DNA of 64,000 bases from Gemmatimonadales bacterium (GCA_036006525.1 DASYPP010000009.1:37098-101097); one strand, 5' to 3'. Shown: positions 1 through 9,308, counted from the stretch's first letter. Notes: a model not told the origin generated them from the sequence alone. Made by a program: numbers and translations.

Positions 1-196
1 TGGTGACTCGGTGGCCGGTTCGGCCATACTGGTGTCCTGGATGAAGGAAAGGACCGCGTCCGCCTAGGAAAACTATCGGATACGGGGAACGCCGCCCGTA
101 TCCGTCGTCACCGGCGGCCCGTGATGCAACCGCACTTGTGGCCTCAGGCGAGTGGTCCTATGGTTCCAAACCTGGCACCCAGAAAGGTCTTGTGTG

Positions 197-943
197 ATGA
201 AGCGGCTGTGGCAGACCCTGGTTTCGATCTGGGTGTGGTTCGTTTTCGGCCTGGGAACAATTGCGGCGATTCCCTTCATGCTCCTGGTGTACCTGGTGAC
301 CATCCGAGATCCGGGCCGCTACTGGGTCGGCTGGATCCTTCGCCGGGTCGGCTGGTTCACCTGGAAGCTGAATCCCATGTGGAGCGTTCGAGTCTCCGGC
401 TACCGTGTCGAGAACCCGCGCCATCCGTACGTCGTCGTGTCCAACCATGAATCGTTCGCGGACATCCTGCTGCTCTGCAATCTCCCCTGGGAAATGAAGT
501 GGATGAGCAAGGTCGAAATCCTGCGGATTCCGATCATGGGATGGCTCATGCGGCTGGCCGGCGACATCGGGGTCGACCGCGGCTCCCGGGAGAGCGCGGT
601 GCGCGCGCTGGAGCAATCCCGCCAGGCCCTGCGCAACAAGACCTCGGTGATGATCTTCCCCGAAGGTACCCGTTCCACCGGCGACGAAATGTTGCCCTTC
701 AAGGACGGGGCCTTTCGATTGGCCATCAAGTCCGGGACTCCAATCCTTCCCCTGGCCATCACCGGCACCCGCGATGCACTCGCCAAGCACGACTGGCGCT
801 TTGGCCCGGCCGAGGCAGCCATCAGGGTGCTGCCTCCGGTGGATGTGACGGGCCTGACCATCAAGGATGTCGACCGGGTGAAGGAATCGATAAGAGCCGC
901 GATCGCCGTGGCCCGCGAGGAGATGAGGCGGGAACAGCCTTGA
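197..943 (+). CDS. plsC: 1-acyl-sn-glycerol-3-phosphate acyltransferase
   Basis: In ORF 152..943. NHESFADILLL (HX4D) and FPEGTRS acyltransferase motifs, N-terminal TM helix. ATG at 197 (MKRLWQ...) preceded by GAAAGG is preferred over the alternative start at 152. Confidence 0.85.
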   Translation: MKRLWQTLVSIWVWFVFGLGTIAAIPFMLLVYLVTIRDPGRYWVGWILRRVGWFTWKLNPMWSVRVSGYRVENPRHPYVVVSNHESFADILLLCNLPWEMKWMSKVEILRIPIMGWLMRLAGDIGVDRGSRESAVRALEQSRQALRNKTSVMIFPEGTRSTGDEMLPFKDGAFRLAIKSGTPILPLAITGTRDALAKHDWRFGPAEAAIRVLPPVDVTGLTIKDVDRVKESIRAAIAVAREEMRREQP

Positions 944-944
944 T

Positions 945-1868
945 TCAGCTCTTCGCCAGCCCGGCGGGCGCCGCGACCCGGCGCCGAACCACGGCCAGCG
1001 CGAGCAGGGTCAGGACGTAGGGAAGCATGAGGAACCACTGGTAGGGAATCGCAACTCCGGAAGCCTGGAAGAGGAACTGCAAAGCCGTCAGCAATCCGAA
1101 GAGCAGGGCCGCGGCAAAGACCCCGAATGGGTGCCAGCGACCCAGTACCACGATGGCAATCGCTACGAATCCGCGACCTGCAGTCATCCGTTCGGCAAAG
1201 GTTCCGACCTGGGCCAGTACCAGCGTCGCTCCGGCCAGCCCGCCCATCGCTCCCCCGAAGAGAATCGCGATCGTTCGACACCACTGGACCGGGACACCGG
1301 CAGCTCGTGCCGCGTCGGGCGACTCGCCGGCTGCCCGCAAGGCCAGGCCAAACCTGGTGCGGAACAGCAGGATCCACACGAGAGGCACCGAGAGAAACCC
1401 GAGATAGACCGGCACCGGTTGCTGGAACATCGGTCCCAGCACCGACACCCTGGAGAGGACCGGGATCGCCACCGGGGCAAAAGTCGGCAGCGACAGTCCG
1501 ACGCCACCAGCCCCGTAGATCAGGCGGTAGAGTCCACCGGTCAAGCCAACCGCCGCGAGAGTCATCGCCGTTCCCGCGATGATCTGGTCGGCCCGGAGCC
1601 AGATCGTCACGGTCGCGAATACCGTCATCAGGGCCATGCCGGCCGCGGCGCTGAGCAACAGGCCGAACCAGGGACCCTCGACACTGCCTCCGATGGCGCC
1701 GGCCAGCGCGCCGGCCAGCATGGCACCCTCGAGACCGAGGTTGATGACCCCGCTTCGCTCGACCACCGTCTCTCCAATGGCAGCGATGAGGAGGGGAGAC
1801 GAGATGCGTACCGCCGCCGCGGCGAAGCTCCCAACCAGCGCGAGTGCCCCGGGCTCGGACAGCATCAT
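945..1868 (-). CDS. ABC transporter permease (BMP/nucleoside-type importer, second permease)
   Basis: 307-aa polytopic hydrophobic ORF. 4-nt ATGA overlap with the upstream permease at 1865..1868. Last gene of an SBP-NIF3-ATPase-permease-permease operon. Confidence 0.85.
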   Translation of the reverse strand: MMLSEPGALALVGSFAAAAVRISSPLLIAAIGETVVERSGVINLGLEGAMLAGALAGAIGGSVEGPWFGLLLSAAAGMALMTVFATVTIWLRADQIIAGTAMTLAAVGLTGGLYRLIYGAGGVGLSLPTFAPVAIPVLSRVSVLGPMFQQPVPVYLGFLSVPLVWILLFRTRFGLALRAAGESPDAARAAGVPVQWCRTIAILFGGAMGGLAGATLVLAQVGTFAERMTAGRGFVAIAIVVLGRWHPFGVFAAALLFGLLTALQFLFQASGVAIPYQWFLMLPYVLTLLALAVVRRRVAAPAGLAKS

Positions 1869-2926
1869 GCCGCGGCAGCCTCAGGTACCGGCGCCCTCCG
1901 GCGCAGCCCCGCATCGGCGACCAGGACTACGAGGATGATGACAGCTTCTACCACGTAGACCACGACCGCCGGAACCCCGGCATCGCGCTGCATGCCAGCG
2001 GCCCCGGTCTCCAGCGCCGCGAACAATATCCCGGTGACTACGATGGCGCGGGGATCCAGCCGAGCCAGCAGCGCGACCGCGATCGCCGTGAAGCCATAGC
2101 CCGGCGACAAGCTTTGGAACAACGCATAGCTGACGCCGCTCACCTCCATCGACCCGGCCAGTCCCGCCAGCATGCCCGACCCGATCAGCGCCGCTGCCGC
2201 GACCCCGCCAACATTGATTCGTCCGGTGACTTGAGCGGCTCGCGGATTGGCCCCGGTCGCCCGCAACTGAAATCCCCAGAGAGTTCGCTGAAAAAGGAAC
2301 CAGAGCAGGCCCGCGAGTAACAAACTCAGGACGAAGCCCCAGTGCAGCCGGGTACCGGGGATCAGCGGAAGCCGCGCCACCTCCGCAATGGAATCACTCT
2401 GGGGATAGACACCCCGGGCTTCCTGGAGAGGACCCTGCACCATCAGGCTGGTCAGCGCTTCGGCGACGAAGTTGAGCATCAGCGTGCTGATCACTTCCAG
2501 CACCCCGTATCGCCGTTTGAGCCACGCCGGCACCAGGCTCCAGAGACCGCCACCCGCCACGCCGGCCAGGAGCACCATGACGACCGCGGGGAACCGAGGC
2601 CAGCCCTGGAGGTGAAGACCGAGCCAGGTCGCCAGGATGGCGCCGGCATAGAACTGCCCCTCAGCGCCGATGTTGAGCGCGCCGGCGCGGAATGCGAGGG
2701 CGATGCCGAGTCCGATCGTGATGAGGGGAATCGCCCGGACCAGCGTGGCGGAGGTGAGCGCGTACCAGCTTCCGAAGGCGCCATGCCACATGGCGGCGAG
2801 AGCCGCACCGGCATCGTACCCGGCGATGGACAGACCCACGGCGAGGATCGTCAATCCGGCCAGCACGGCAGCGATCGATGCCGCCCAGTCGCCGAGGCCG
2901 CGCCGAGTCCCGGGAAGGATCGCCAT
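1865..2926 (-). CDS. ABC transporter permease (BMP/nucleoside-type importer, first permease)
   Basis: Polytopic ORF. The internal ATG at 2926 (MAILPGTRRG...) overlaps the ATPase stop as TGATG. The 1865..3037 track ORF is probably over-extended. Confidence 0.8.
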   Translation of the reverse strand: MAILPGTRRGLGDWAASIAAVLAGLTILAVGLSIAGYDAGAALAAMWHGAFGSWYALTSATLVRAIPLITIGLGIALAFRAGALNIGAEGQFYAGAILATWLGLHLQGWPRFPAVVMVLLAGVAGGGLWSLVPAWLKRRYGVLEVISTLMLNFVAEALTSLMVQGPLQEARGVYPQSDSIAEVARLPLIPGTRLHWGFVLSLLLAGLLWFLFQRTLWGFQLRATGANPRAAQVTGRINVGGVAAAALIGSGMLAGLAGSMEVSGVSYALFQSLSPGYGFTAIAVALLARLDPRAIVVTGILFAALETGAAGMQRDAGVPAVVVYVVEAVIILVVLVADAGLRRRAPVPEAAAA

Positions 2927-4392
2927 CAGGACAAACGCGAGCCGGAGCCGAGCATCAGTCTCCCGATGGCATCGCGATCGGTGCCCGGTGGGACGACCTG
3001 CAGGTAACCGCCAGCCAGGACCATCAGCCGATCGCACCAGGCCAGGAGTTCGTCGAGGTCGTTCGAGTGCAAAAGCACGGCGGCGCCTGTGTCGGCTGCC
3101 TTTCGGAGTCGCTGGTAGATATCGCGGCTCGCCTGGATGTCGAGACCCCGCGCGGGCTGCTCCGCCAGCAGTACTCGTGGCTGCTGAGCCAGCGCCCGGG
3201 CCAGCATGAACCGCTGCTGATTGCCCCCGCTCAGGGTGGCCGCCTGCGCGAGGGGACCTGGACTTCGCACCTGGTATTCCTCGATCAACTCGGCGGTCAT
3301 GCGCTCACAAAGGGCGGGAGCCAGCACACCATGCCGGACCCATGGGGCATGGGCGCCAAATCCCAGCATCAAGTTGTCAGCGAGGGAGAACTCCTGGATC
3401 AGTCCCTCGGTCGTCCGGTCCTCGGGTATGAAGCAAACCGGTGCCTGCACCTGGAGAACTCCTGACTTCGGCTCGAGCAGGCCAGCCAGCGCGCGCAGCA
3501 GCTCGCGCTGCCCGCTCCCTTCGACGGCGGCCAACCCGACCACTTCACCTGGCGCTATCTGAAAGGTGGCGTCGCGAATGCCGGGGCCCCTGCCGCCGTC
3601 GGCGGCGATCGAGAGACGATCGGCCTGGACTGCCGGAGGGCTGCCGACGACCGCGGGTACTGGGGGCGAGACATTCTCCGGCGGGTGTCCCAACATGTGG
3701 CTCGCCAGCTCGTTTCCGCCCAGGCCCTGGGCCGGGCCGGTGAACACCATCCTCCCTCTCCTCAGCACTGTCACCCGATCCGCGTGAGCCAGGGCCTCGT
3801 CCAGTCGATGGGTAATCAACACCACGGAGCTTCCCTGGCCCGCCAGCTGGCGGATGACTCGCAGGAGGTCCAGCGCATCCGGGGGCGCGAGCGTGCCGGT
3901 CGGCTCATCGAAGAGGAGAATGGAGGCATCGGTCGCCAGCGCCTTCAGGATTTCTATCCGCTGCCGAAGGATCACTGAGAGCGACTCGGTCCGGGCATCC
4001 GGTTCGATCGCGAGACCGGAGCGACGAGTCAATTCCTCCAGTCTCTGCCGCACCACACGGGGCGACCCCATCGGCCAACGCGCGGCAAGGGCAACGTTCT
4101 CCATGGCGGTAAACGCCGGAACCGAACTGAAATGCTGGTGAACCATGCCGACACCGTACCGCGCCGCGTCCCGGGGAGAGCCCAACCGCACCGTTACGCC
4201 GTTGACGACCACTTCGCCCTGGTCAGGCTTTACCAGTCCGGCCGCGATGCTCATCAGGGTCGACTTGCCAGCACCGTTCTCACCCAGGAGGGCGTGGACC
4301 TCGCCCGGCCGCAGAAGAAAATCGGCCCCCTCAAGTGCCTGGACGGGGCCGAATCGCTTGCTGATGCCACGAAGCTCGAGGGCTGGTATCAC
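2926..4392 (-). CDS. ABC transporter ATP-binding protein (duplicated ATPase)
   Basis: GENGAGKST Walker A in the first half and LSGGNQQR signature in the second half. Size is typical of fused two-domain sugar/nucleoside importer ATPases. The GTG at 4392 forms a GTGA overlap with the NIF3 stop; the alternative GTG is at 4422. Confidence 0.85.
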   Translation of the reverse strand: MIPALELRGISKRFGPVQALEGADFLLRPGEVHALLGENGAGKSTLMSIAAGLVKPDQGEVVVNGVTVRLGSPRDAARYGVGMVHQHFSSVPAFTAMENVALAARWPMGSPRVVRQRLEELTRRSGLAIEPDARTESLSVILRQRIEILKALATDASILLFDEPTGTLAPPDALDLLRVIRQLAGQGSSVVLITHRLDEALAHADRVTVLRRGRMVFTGPAQGLGGNELASHMLGHPPENVSPPVPAVVGSPPAVQADRLSIAADGGRGPGIRDATFQIAPGEVVGLAAVEGSGQRELLRALAGLLEPKSGVLQVQAPVCFIPEDRTTEGLIQEFSLADNLMLGFGAHAPWVRHGVLAPALCERMTAELIEEYQVRSPGPLAQAATLSGGNQQRFMLARALAQQPRVLLAEQPARGLDIQASRDIYQRLRKAADTGAAVLLHSNDLDELLAWCDRLMVLAGGYLQVVPPGTDRDAIGRLMLGSGSRLS

Positions 4393-5162
4393 AATCCGGT
4401 ATCGTGGTCGTGGAATTCCCACTCCAGGCCAAATCGCTCACCAAGGTGCTCCGCCAGGTGCTGAACTCCCAGCTTCTCAGTGGCGTAGTGGCCACCGTAG
4501 AGCAGGTTCATGTTCCATTCCATCGCGTCGAAGTAGACATGATGAGGTCCCTCGCCGGTGATGAAGGTGTCAATGCCGGCATCGCGGGCCGCGGCCAGAA
4601 AGCTGCTCCCGGCTCCCGTGACGATCCCTACTCGGGCCGTCACCTCGGAACCCCCGGGAATCAGCCTCGCCGCGCTGGAGACCACCTGGCCCAGCCGCTC
4701 GGTGAGCCTCTCCCGGTCGATCGACAGCCGGCCGCAAATGCCCAGCGGAATTCCCCGGTAGTTGCCGAACCAACCTTCCACCTGGACTCCCAGGCGCTCG
4801 GCCAGTGCCGCGTTATTCCCCAGTTCGGGATGGACATCGAGGGGAATATGGGCCGCATAGAGGGCGATGTCGTTCTCCAGGAGCGCCCGCAGCCTGCGAT
4901 AGCGCCGGTCGACCACGGGAACGTTGCCGTCCCAGAGCAGGCCGTGGTGAACCAGGAGCAGGGTACCTGGGCCGGTTCGCTCGACCACCCCGTCGATGGT
5001 CGCCTGAGACGCATCCACCGCCGCCACGATCCGCCGGACGGGGCTGCTGCACTCGACCTGGAGACCATTCACCGCGTTCGGTTCGTCCGGTATTTCCCGG
5101 ATTCGAAGCAGGGCATCGATGTGGGCCACCAGCACGCTAAGCGGGGCGCCTTCGGGCGTCAT
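4389..5162 (-). CDS. Nif3-like dinuclear metal centre protein (GTP cyclohydrolase 1 type 2 homolog family)
   Basis: 257 aa with LLLVHHGLLW, AAHIPLDVHPELGNN and ITGEGPHH motifs characteristic of NIF3/YbgI. ATGA overlap with the upstream SBP gene. Confidence 0.75.
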   Translation of the reverse strand: MTPEGAPLSVLVAHIDALLRIREIPDEPNAVNGLQVECSSPVRRIVAAVDASQATIDGVVERTGPGTLLLVHHGLLWDGNVPVVDRRYRRLRALLENDIALYAAHIPLDVHPELGNNAALAERLGVQVEGWFGNYRGIPLGICGRLSIDRERLTERLGQVVSSAARLIPGGSEVTARVGIVTGAGSSFLAAARDAGIDTFITGEGPHHVYFDAMEWNMNLLYGGHYATEKLGVQHLAEHLGERFGLEWEFHDHDTGL

Positions 5163-6223
5163 GGCTGCCTGGCGAGAATGGGGGCGGCCGCCTGCAGGGG
5201 ATCCAGGGTGCCTGCGATGATCGAGTCCCTGGCCGCAGCAATCCTTGCGGCCAGCACGTTCGGCACCCGGCCGGCAAGGGCCGGATTATCCTGGTATCGG
5301 ACCACGCCGCTGGCCAGCCCGAAGGACTCGACTTTGGCGACGAACCGGCCCTCTTTCACTTCCCTCGCGACGGTGAGAAAGGCCCGGGGGAGATCGATGA
5401 CGGCGGATCCCATCACCCGGTCCGGGGCCAGCGAGGTCTGATCCGAGTTCGCGCCGAACACGTAGACGTGGGGCGATTCCTTGACCGCCTGAAACAGGCC
5501 GAGGGCGGCGGCATCGGCATTGTGGTGGAGCATGTCCGCCCCCAGGCTGATCAGCTGGAGGGCGGCCTCGCGACCCGCCGCCACGTCGTCGAACGAATTG
5601 AGATAGACCGATCGAGACTGGATCGCAGGGTTGATGGCGCGGGCGCCGTTCGCCCACCCGGTGTATCCCAACTGAATTGGCGGGAGCTCGATTCCGCCCA
5701 CGAACCCGATGATCCCGCTCCGGCTCATGCCGCCCGCTACCATTCCGGCGAGGTAGGTCGCCTCGTGCAGCCGGAAGATGAGCGGGGTGACGTTGCCGCT
5801 CTGCCGCTCTCCTGAGGTGATGACGAAGATGGTGTTGGGGTAGTCCTTCGAGACTCGCTCGGCGGGATCCTGAAACTCAAAACCGTGCCCGAAGATCAAC
5901 GGATAGCCCTCCGCGGCGAAGCGGCGCAGGTTGTCTTCCTGCTCGCCGGGAGTGTGCGCCTCGACCTGGCTGATCCGGGCGCCGAGTGAATCCTGGATTT
6001 GAAGGAGTCCGGCGTAGGCCCCGGAATTCCAGGCTGCGTCAGTGATCGACCCAGGCGTGACCAGTGCGACCCGAAAGTCGTTGGATCCTTGAGAAGACTT
6101 ACAACCAAACAGGAGCAGTGCTACGACAGCATGGAGACACAAGAGACCCGACATGAATCTCTTGCGTCTCAATTCGGGTCGTAGGGCAGTCTCGAACTTC
6201 GCACGAAAAGTCATGATATCCAC
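5159..6223 (-). CDS. BMP-family (Med/PnrA-like) ABC transporter substrate-binding lipoprotein
   Basis: 354 aa with signal peptide and lipobox LLFGC. Periplasmic-binding fold sequence typical of basic membrane protein family. First gene of the importer operon. Start 6223 or 6154. Confidence 0.8.
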   Translation of the reverse strand: MDIMTFRAKFETALRPELRRKRFMSGLLCLHAVVALLLFGCKSSQGSNDFRVALVTPGSITDAAWNSGAYAGLLQIQDSLGARISQVEAHTPGEQEDNLRRFAAEGYPLIFGHGFEFQDPAERVSKDYPNTIFVITSGERQSGNVTPLIFRLHEATYLAGMVAGGMSRSGIIGFVGGIELPPIQLGYTGWANGARAINPAIQSRSVYLNSFDDVAAGREAALQLISLGADMLHHNADAAALGLFQAVKESPHVYVFGANSDQTSLAPDRVMGSAVIDLPRAFLTVAREVKEGRFVAKVESFGLASGVVRYQDNPALAGRVPNVLAARIAAARDSIIAGTLDPLQAAAPILARQP

Positions 6224-6297
6224 AGACTTGGGCGACTTTTCAACGATTTGTGGGAAGAAACAGGCAGGATCGGTCGTTTTCGTGTGACATGGATCAC

Positions 6298-6690
6298 TCA
6301 GGCGGGCTGAGGTTCTTTGCGTACCGCCGCGGCTCCCATGCGAATTTCTCCGTTTACTTGCCCGCCTTCCTGGATGGCGATGCGGGCCGTAATGATGTCG
6401 CCCTGGATGACGGCAGACGCCTGGACTTCGACCCGGTCGTCGGCCCGGACGGTACCCCGAACTTCACCGCCGATCACGGCCTCCTTGGTCTCGAGGTCCC
6501 CCTCAACCAGACCTCCGGGGGCCAGCAGTATCTGCTGGGTAGCATGTACCGATCCCTTGACGGTGCCTTCGATCTTGATGACTCCCTCGGTCTCAACATC
6601 CCCGGTGATCGTCATGCCGGTTCCGACAATTGAAAGTCCCGCCTCACCCCGCCGGCGCTCATCGCTTCCGGTCTGAGAAAAAATTGCCAT
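6298..6690 (-). CDS. bactofilin (polymer-forming cytoskeletal protein)
   Basis: 130 aa with the repetitive beta-helix pattern of the bactofilin/DUF583 domain (ITGDVETEGVIKIEGTVKGSV...VEGDLETKEAVIGGEVRGTV...IQGDIITARIAIQEGGQVNGEI). Confidence 0.85.
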   Translation of the reverse strand: MAIFSQTGSDERRRGEAGLSIVGTGMTITGDVETEGVIKIEGTVKGSVHATQQILLAPGGLVEGDLETKEAVIGGEVRGTVRADDRVEVQASAVIQGDIITARIAIQEGGQVNGEIRMGAAAVRKEPQPA

Positions 6691-6692
6691 GG

Positions 6693-7469
6693 TCAGTGTC
6701 CTTCCTGGATTTGCGAAAGAGGATCGATGCTCTGGCCCTTTTGGCGGATCTCAAAATGGAGATGGGGGGCGCTGGATCGCCCACTGTTGCCGGAGAGACC
6801 GATCACCGTCCCGACCGGGACCTCGGTGCCCGCGGCGGTCAGGATCCGCGACAGGTGGGCATACCTGGTCGTGAATCCTCCGGCGTGCCGAATAAGCACG
6901 TACATACCGTACTCAGGATCGGTCGCCGCTTCAACCACCGTACCGGACCCCGCGGCGCGCACCGGAGTACCGATAGGAACCGCAATGTCGGTTCCCGCAT
7001 GGGTGGGATCGTCCGCCGCGCCGAGCTGGCCCCGGGTCACATAGCCCGGTTCATCGAGCGGCCAGCGGATCGGAACCCCGGCATCACTGCTACGCTGCAG
7101 CCGGCCGGAGACCGTGATGGTCGGAGCACTGGGCAGCCGTTCATCGGCGTTCTGGCTCGGAATGTCGGCGCCCAGCATGCCGCGCACTTTGGCGTACTGT
7201 GACTCCAGGCTATCCACTTCGACCCTCAATCGGTCGATCTGGGCGTTTTCGCCCCGCAGCCTGGCAATCTCGGACTTGAGTCCCGGCACCCGGGCGGCCA
7301 GGCCCACGATCGGCAGATATAACGCGAGGACGATGACGAGGAGACAGAAGAGGCCGCTGCCCCCGATCAGGATGGTACGGACCAGCCAGAGCGGAATCCG
7401 GATGGAGCGCGAACTGACTGCACCGTCCTTGTGAATCAGGATGGTGACAGCCTGGCGCGGCGGCTTCAT
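6693..7469 (-). CDS. M23/LytM family metallopeptidase with N-terminal TM helix and coiled coil
   Basis: HAGTDIAVPIGTPV and SSAPHLHFEI M23 motifs. TM segment LVRTILIGGSGLFCLLVIVLALYL followed by a heptad-like segment (LKSEIARLRGENAQIDRLRVEVDSLESQYAKV). Confidence 0.85.
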   Translation of the reverse strand: MKPPRQAVTILIHKDGAVSSRSIRIPLWLVRTILIGGSGLFCLLVIVLALYLPIVGLAARVPGLKSEIARLRGENAQIDRLRVEVDSLESQYAKVRGMLGADIPSQNADERLPSAPTITVSGRLQRSSDAGVPIRWPLDEPGYVTRGQLGAADDPTHAGTDIAVPIGTPVRAAGSGTVVEAATDPEYGMYVLIRHAGGFTTRYAHLSRILTAAGTEVPVGTVIGLSGNSGRSSAPHLHFEIRQKGQSIDPLSQIQEGH

Positions 7470-8344
7470 CCGTCGAAAGGAGCGCCCAGGATTACCTCCA
7501 GCAGCCGCGCCAGGTCATCGTTGGAGTAATAGCTGATCGACAGCAATCCCCTGCCCCTGCGCTTGGCGGTCAGTCGTACGTCAGTCCCCAGGCGCTCACG
7601 CAGCGCCTGTTCCACTTTGCGTGCCGCGGCCGACGCCGGCGAGGTGGACTGGGGGGCGGCCTTCGGTCGCCGGGCCGGAGCACCGCCGCGCACCTGGACT
7701 TCCATCTCACGCACTGACCAGCCGCCGGTGACGGCGCGCTCGGCCATCCGGGCAATCGCCTTGTTTTCGCCCAGTGACAGGAGGGCGCGGGCGTGGCCCT
7801 CGGAGAGCTGCCCGGTGTGCACCATGTCGAGCACGTTTTCAGGAAGCTTGAGCAGACGCAATGCGTTCGCGACGGTCGACCGATCCCGGCCCACCAGGCG
7901 CGCCACCTCGCCCTGGCTCACGCCGAATTCCTCGACCAGTCGGCTATAGCTCTGCGCTTCTTCAATCGCGCTGAGCTGGTCCCGCTGGAGATTCTCGATC
8001 AGGGCCAGTGTGAGGAGGGTGCGGTCGTCGACATCCTTCACTACCGCCGGAATCTTCTGCCAACCCAGTCGTTGCACGGCCCGCCAGCGCCGTTCCCCGG
8101 CGATCAGCTGGTAAGATCCGTTATTGGCCCGCACCACGATCGGCTGCAGCAGACCGGACGCCTGGATCGAGGACGCAAGCTCGTTCAGCGACGGCTCGTC
8201 GATCTCGTGCCGGGGCTGATATGGATTGGGACGGATGGAAGCAACGGCCAATTCCTGCAGGTCTCCAGTTCGCTCTGCCTGTTCCCGGCTGATTGGCCCG
8301 AGCAACGCCTCCAGCCCACGGCCCAGCCGACGGGTTTCCGTCAT
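7466..8344 (-). CDS. parB: chromosome partitioning protein ParB/Spo0J
   Basis: ParB box GERRWRA, HTH region and C-terminal dimerisation segment. ATGA overlaps with parA (8341..8344) and with the M23 gene (7466..7469). Confidence 0.95.
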   Translation of the reverse strand: MTETRRLGRGLEALLGPISREQAERTGDLQELAVASIRPNPYQPRHEIDEPSLNELASSIQASGLLQPIVVRANNGSYQLIAGERRWRAVQRLGWQKIPAVVKDVDDRTLLTLALIENLQRDQLSAIEEAQSYSRLVEEFGVSQGEVARLVGRDRSTVANALRLLKLPENVLDMVHTGQLSEGHARALLSLGENKAIARMAERAVTGGWSVREMEVQVRGGAPARRPKAAPQSTSPASAAARKVEQALRERLGTDVRLTAKRRGRGLLSISYYSNDDLARLLEVILGAPFDG

Positions 8345-9156
8345 GCTTCGACCTCCGGGACAGCCGGTGAGACATCAGCCGGCGGGGCGGCGTCCACCCG
8401 GCGGACCAGTTCCTGGGCCACCGAGAGGTAACTGCGGGCACCCACCGATTGGATATCGTAGAGCAGGATTGGCTTGCCGAAACTCGGGGCTTCCGCCAGG
8501 CGGATGTTTCTGGGGATGACGGTCTTGAACATCCGCGGCCCGAAATACTCCTTGGCATCTTCCGCCACCTGGCGGCAGAGGTTCAGGCGGGAGTCGTACA
8601 TCGTAAGCAGGACACCGTCGATCGCGAGAGCCGGATTGAAGTTCTGTTGGACCAGCTTGACGGTGTTGAGCAGCTGCGAAATCCCCTCGAGCGCGTAATA
8701 CTCGCACTGGATCGGAATGATGATGCCGTCCGCGGCGGTCAATACGTTCAGGGTCAGGAGCCCAAGCGAAGGAGGGCAGTCCACCAGCACAAAGTCGTAC
8801 TGACCAACCACGTCTTCAAAGGCACGGCGCAAACAACTTTCCCGGTTGGCGCGCTCGACCAGCTCCAACTCGGCACCCACCAGATCCTGGGTGGCGGGGA
8901 CGATCTGCAGCGCCGGAAGGTGGGAGTCCTGGAGGATGATGTCGCTGAGCCGACGCCCGTCGATGAGAGCGTCATAGAGGGAAAACCGCACCTGGTCTCG
9001 AGCGACGCCAACCCCACTGGTCGCATTGCCCTGGGGATCCGCGTCGACCAGCAGCGTTCGTTTTTCAGCAATCGCGAGCGATGCGGCCAGATTTACGGCG
9101 GTGGTGGTCTTGCCGACCCCGCCCTTCTGATTGGCTATGGCGATAACACGCGCCAT
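8341..9156 (-). CDS. parA: chromosome partitioning ATPase ParA/Soj
   Basis: Deviant Walker A NQKGGVGKTTTAVNLA. Full-length ParA/Soj similarity. Confidence 0.95.
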   Translation of the reverse strand: MARVIAIANQKGGVGKTTTAVNLAASLAIAEKRTLLVDADPQGNATSGVGVARDQVRFSLYDALIDGRRLSDIILQDSHLPALQIVPATQDLVGAELELVERANRESCLRRAFEDVVGQYDFVLVDCPPSLGLLTLNVLTAADGIIIPIQCEYYALEGISQLLNTVKLVQQNFNPALAIDGVLLTMYDSRLNLCRQVAEDAKEYFGPRMFKTVIPRNIRLAEAPSFGKPILLYDIQSVGARSYLSVAQELVRRVDAAPPADVSPAVPEVEA

Positions 9157-9277
9157 CTGTTACCTAAGTTGTTATATAGTATTGAATTACAAACGGACGC
9201 CAAATGAGGCCTTCGAAACAATCCCTCGGGCTAATATAGGAGTTTTCGCGGAATCGGCAAACTTCAATTTGGCGGGG

Positions 9278-9293
9278 CGTTTCACGTGAAACA
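9278..9293. promoter_or_regulatory. parS: parS centromere-like site
   Basis: CGTTTCACGTGAAACA matches the palindromic parS consensus TGTTTCACGTGAAACA at 15 of 16 positions. It lies about 120 bp upstream of parA in an AT-rich intergenic region. Confidence 0.8.
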
Positions 9294-9308
9294 GACAGGC
9301 TGCAGGAG

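Noticed and set aside
1-67. Open frame ending at TAG 65..67 (...GDSVAGSAILVSWMKERTASA).
   Set aside because: It is probably the 3' end of a gene that starts outside the window. It is too short to identify, so it is not reported as a feature.
400-1914. 504-aa ORF and many similar long ORFs, e.g. 15862..17271, 18011..19462, 31204..32802, 32887..34017, 45889..47295, 57678..59093, 60697..62325.
   Set aside because: They lie antisense to, or out of frame with, genes that have clear family motifs. Their Arg/Gly/Pro/His-rich low-complexity translations are typical of stop-codon-poor frames in high-GC DNA. None has a recognisable domain.
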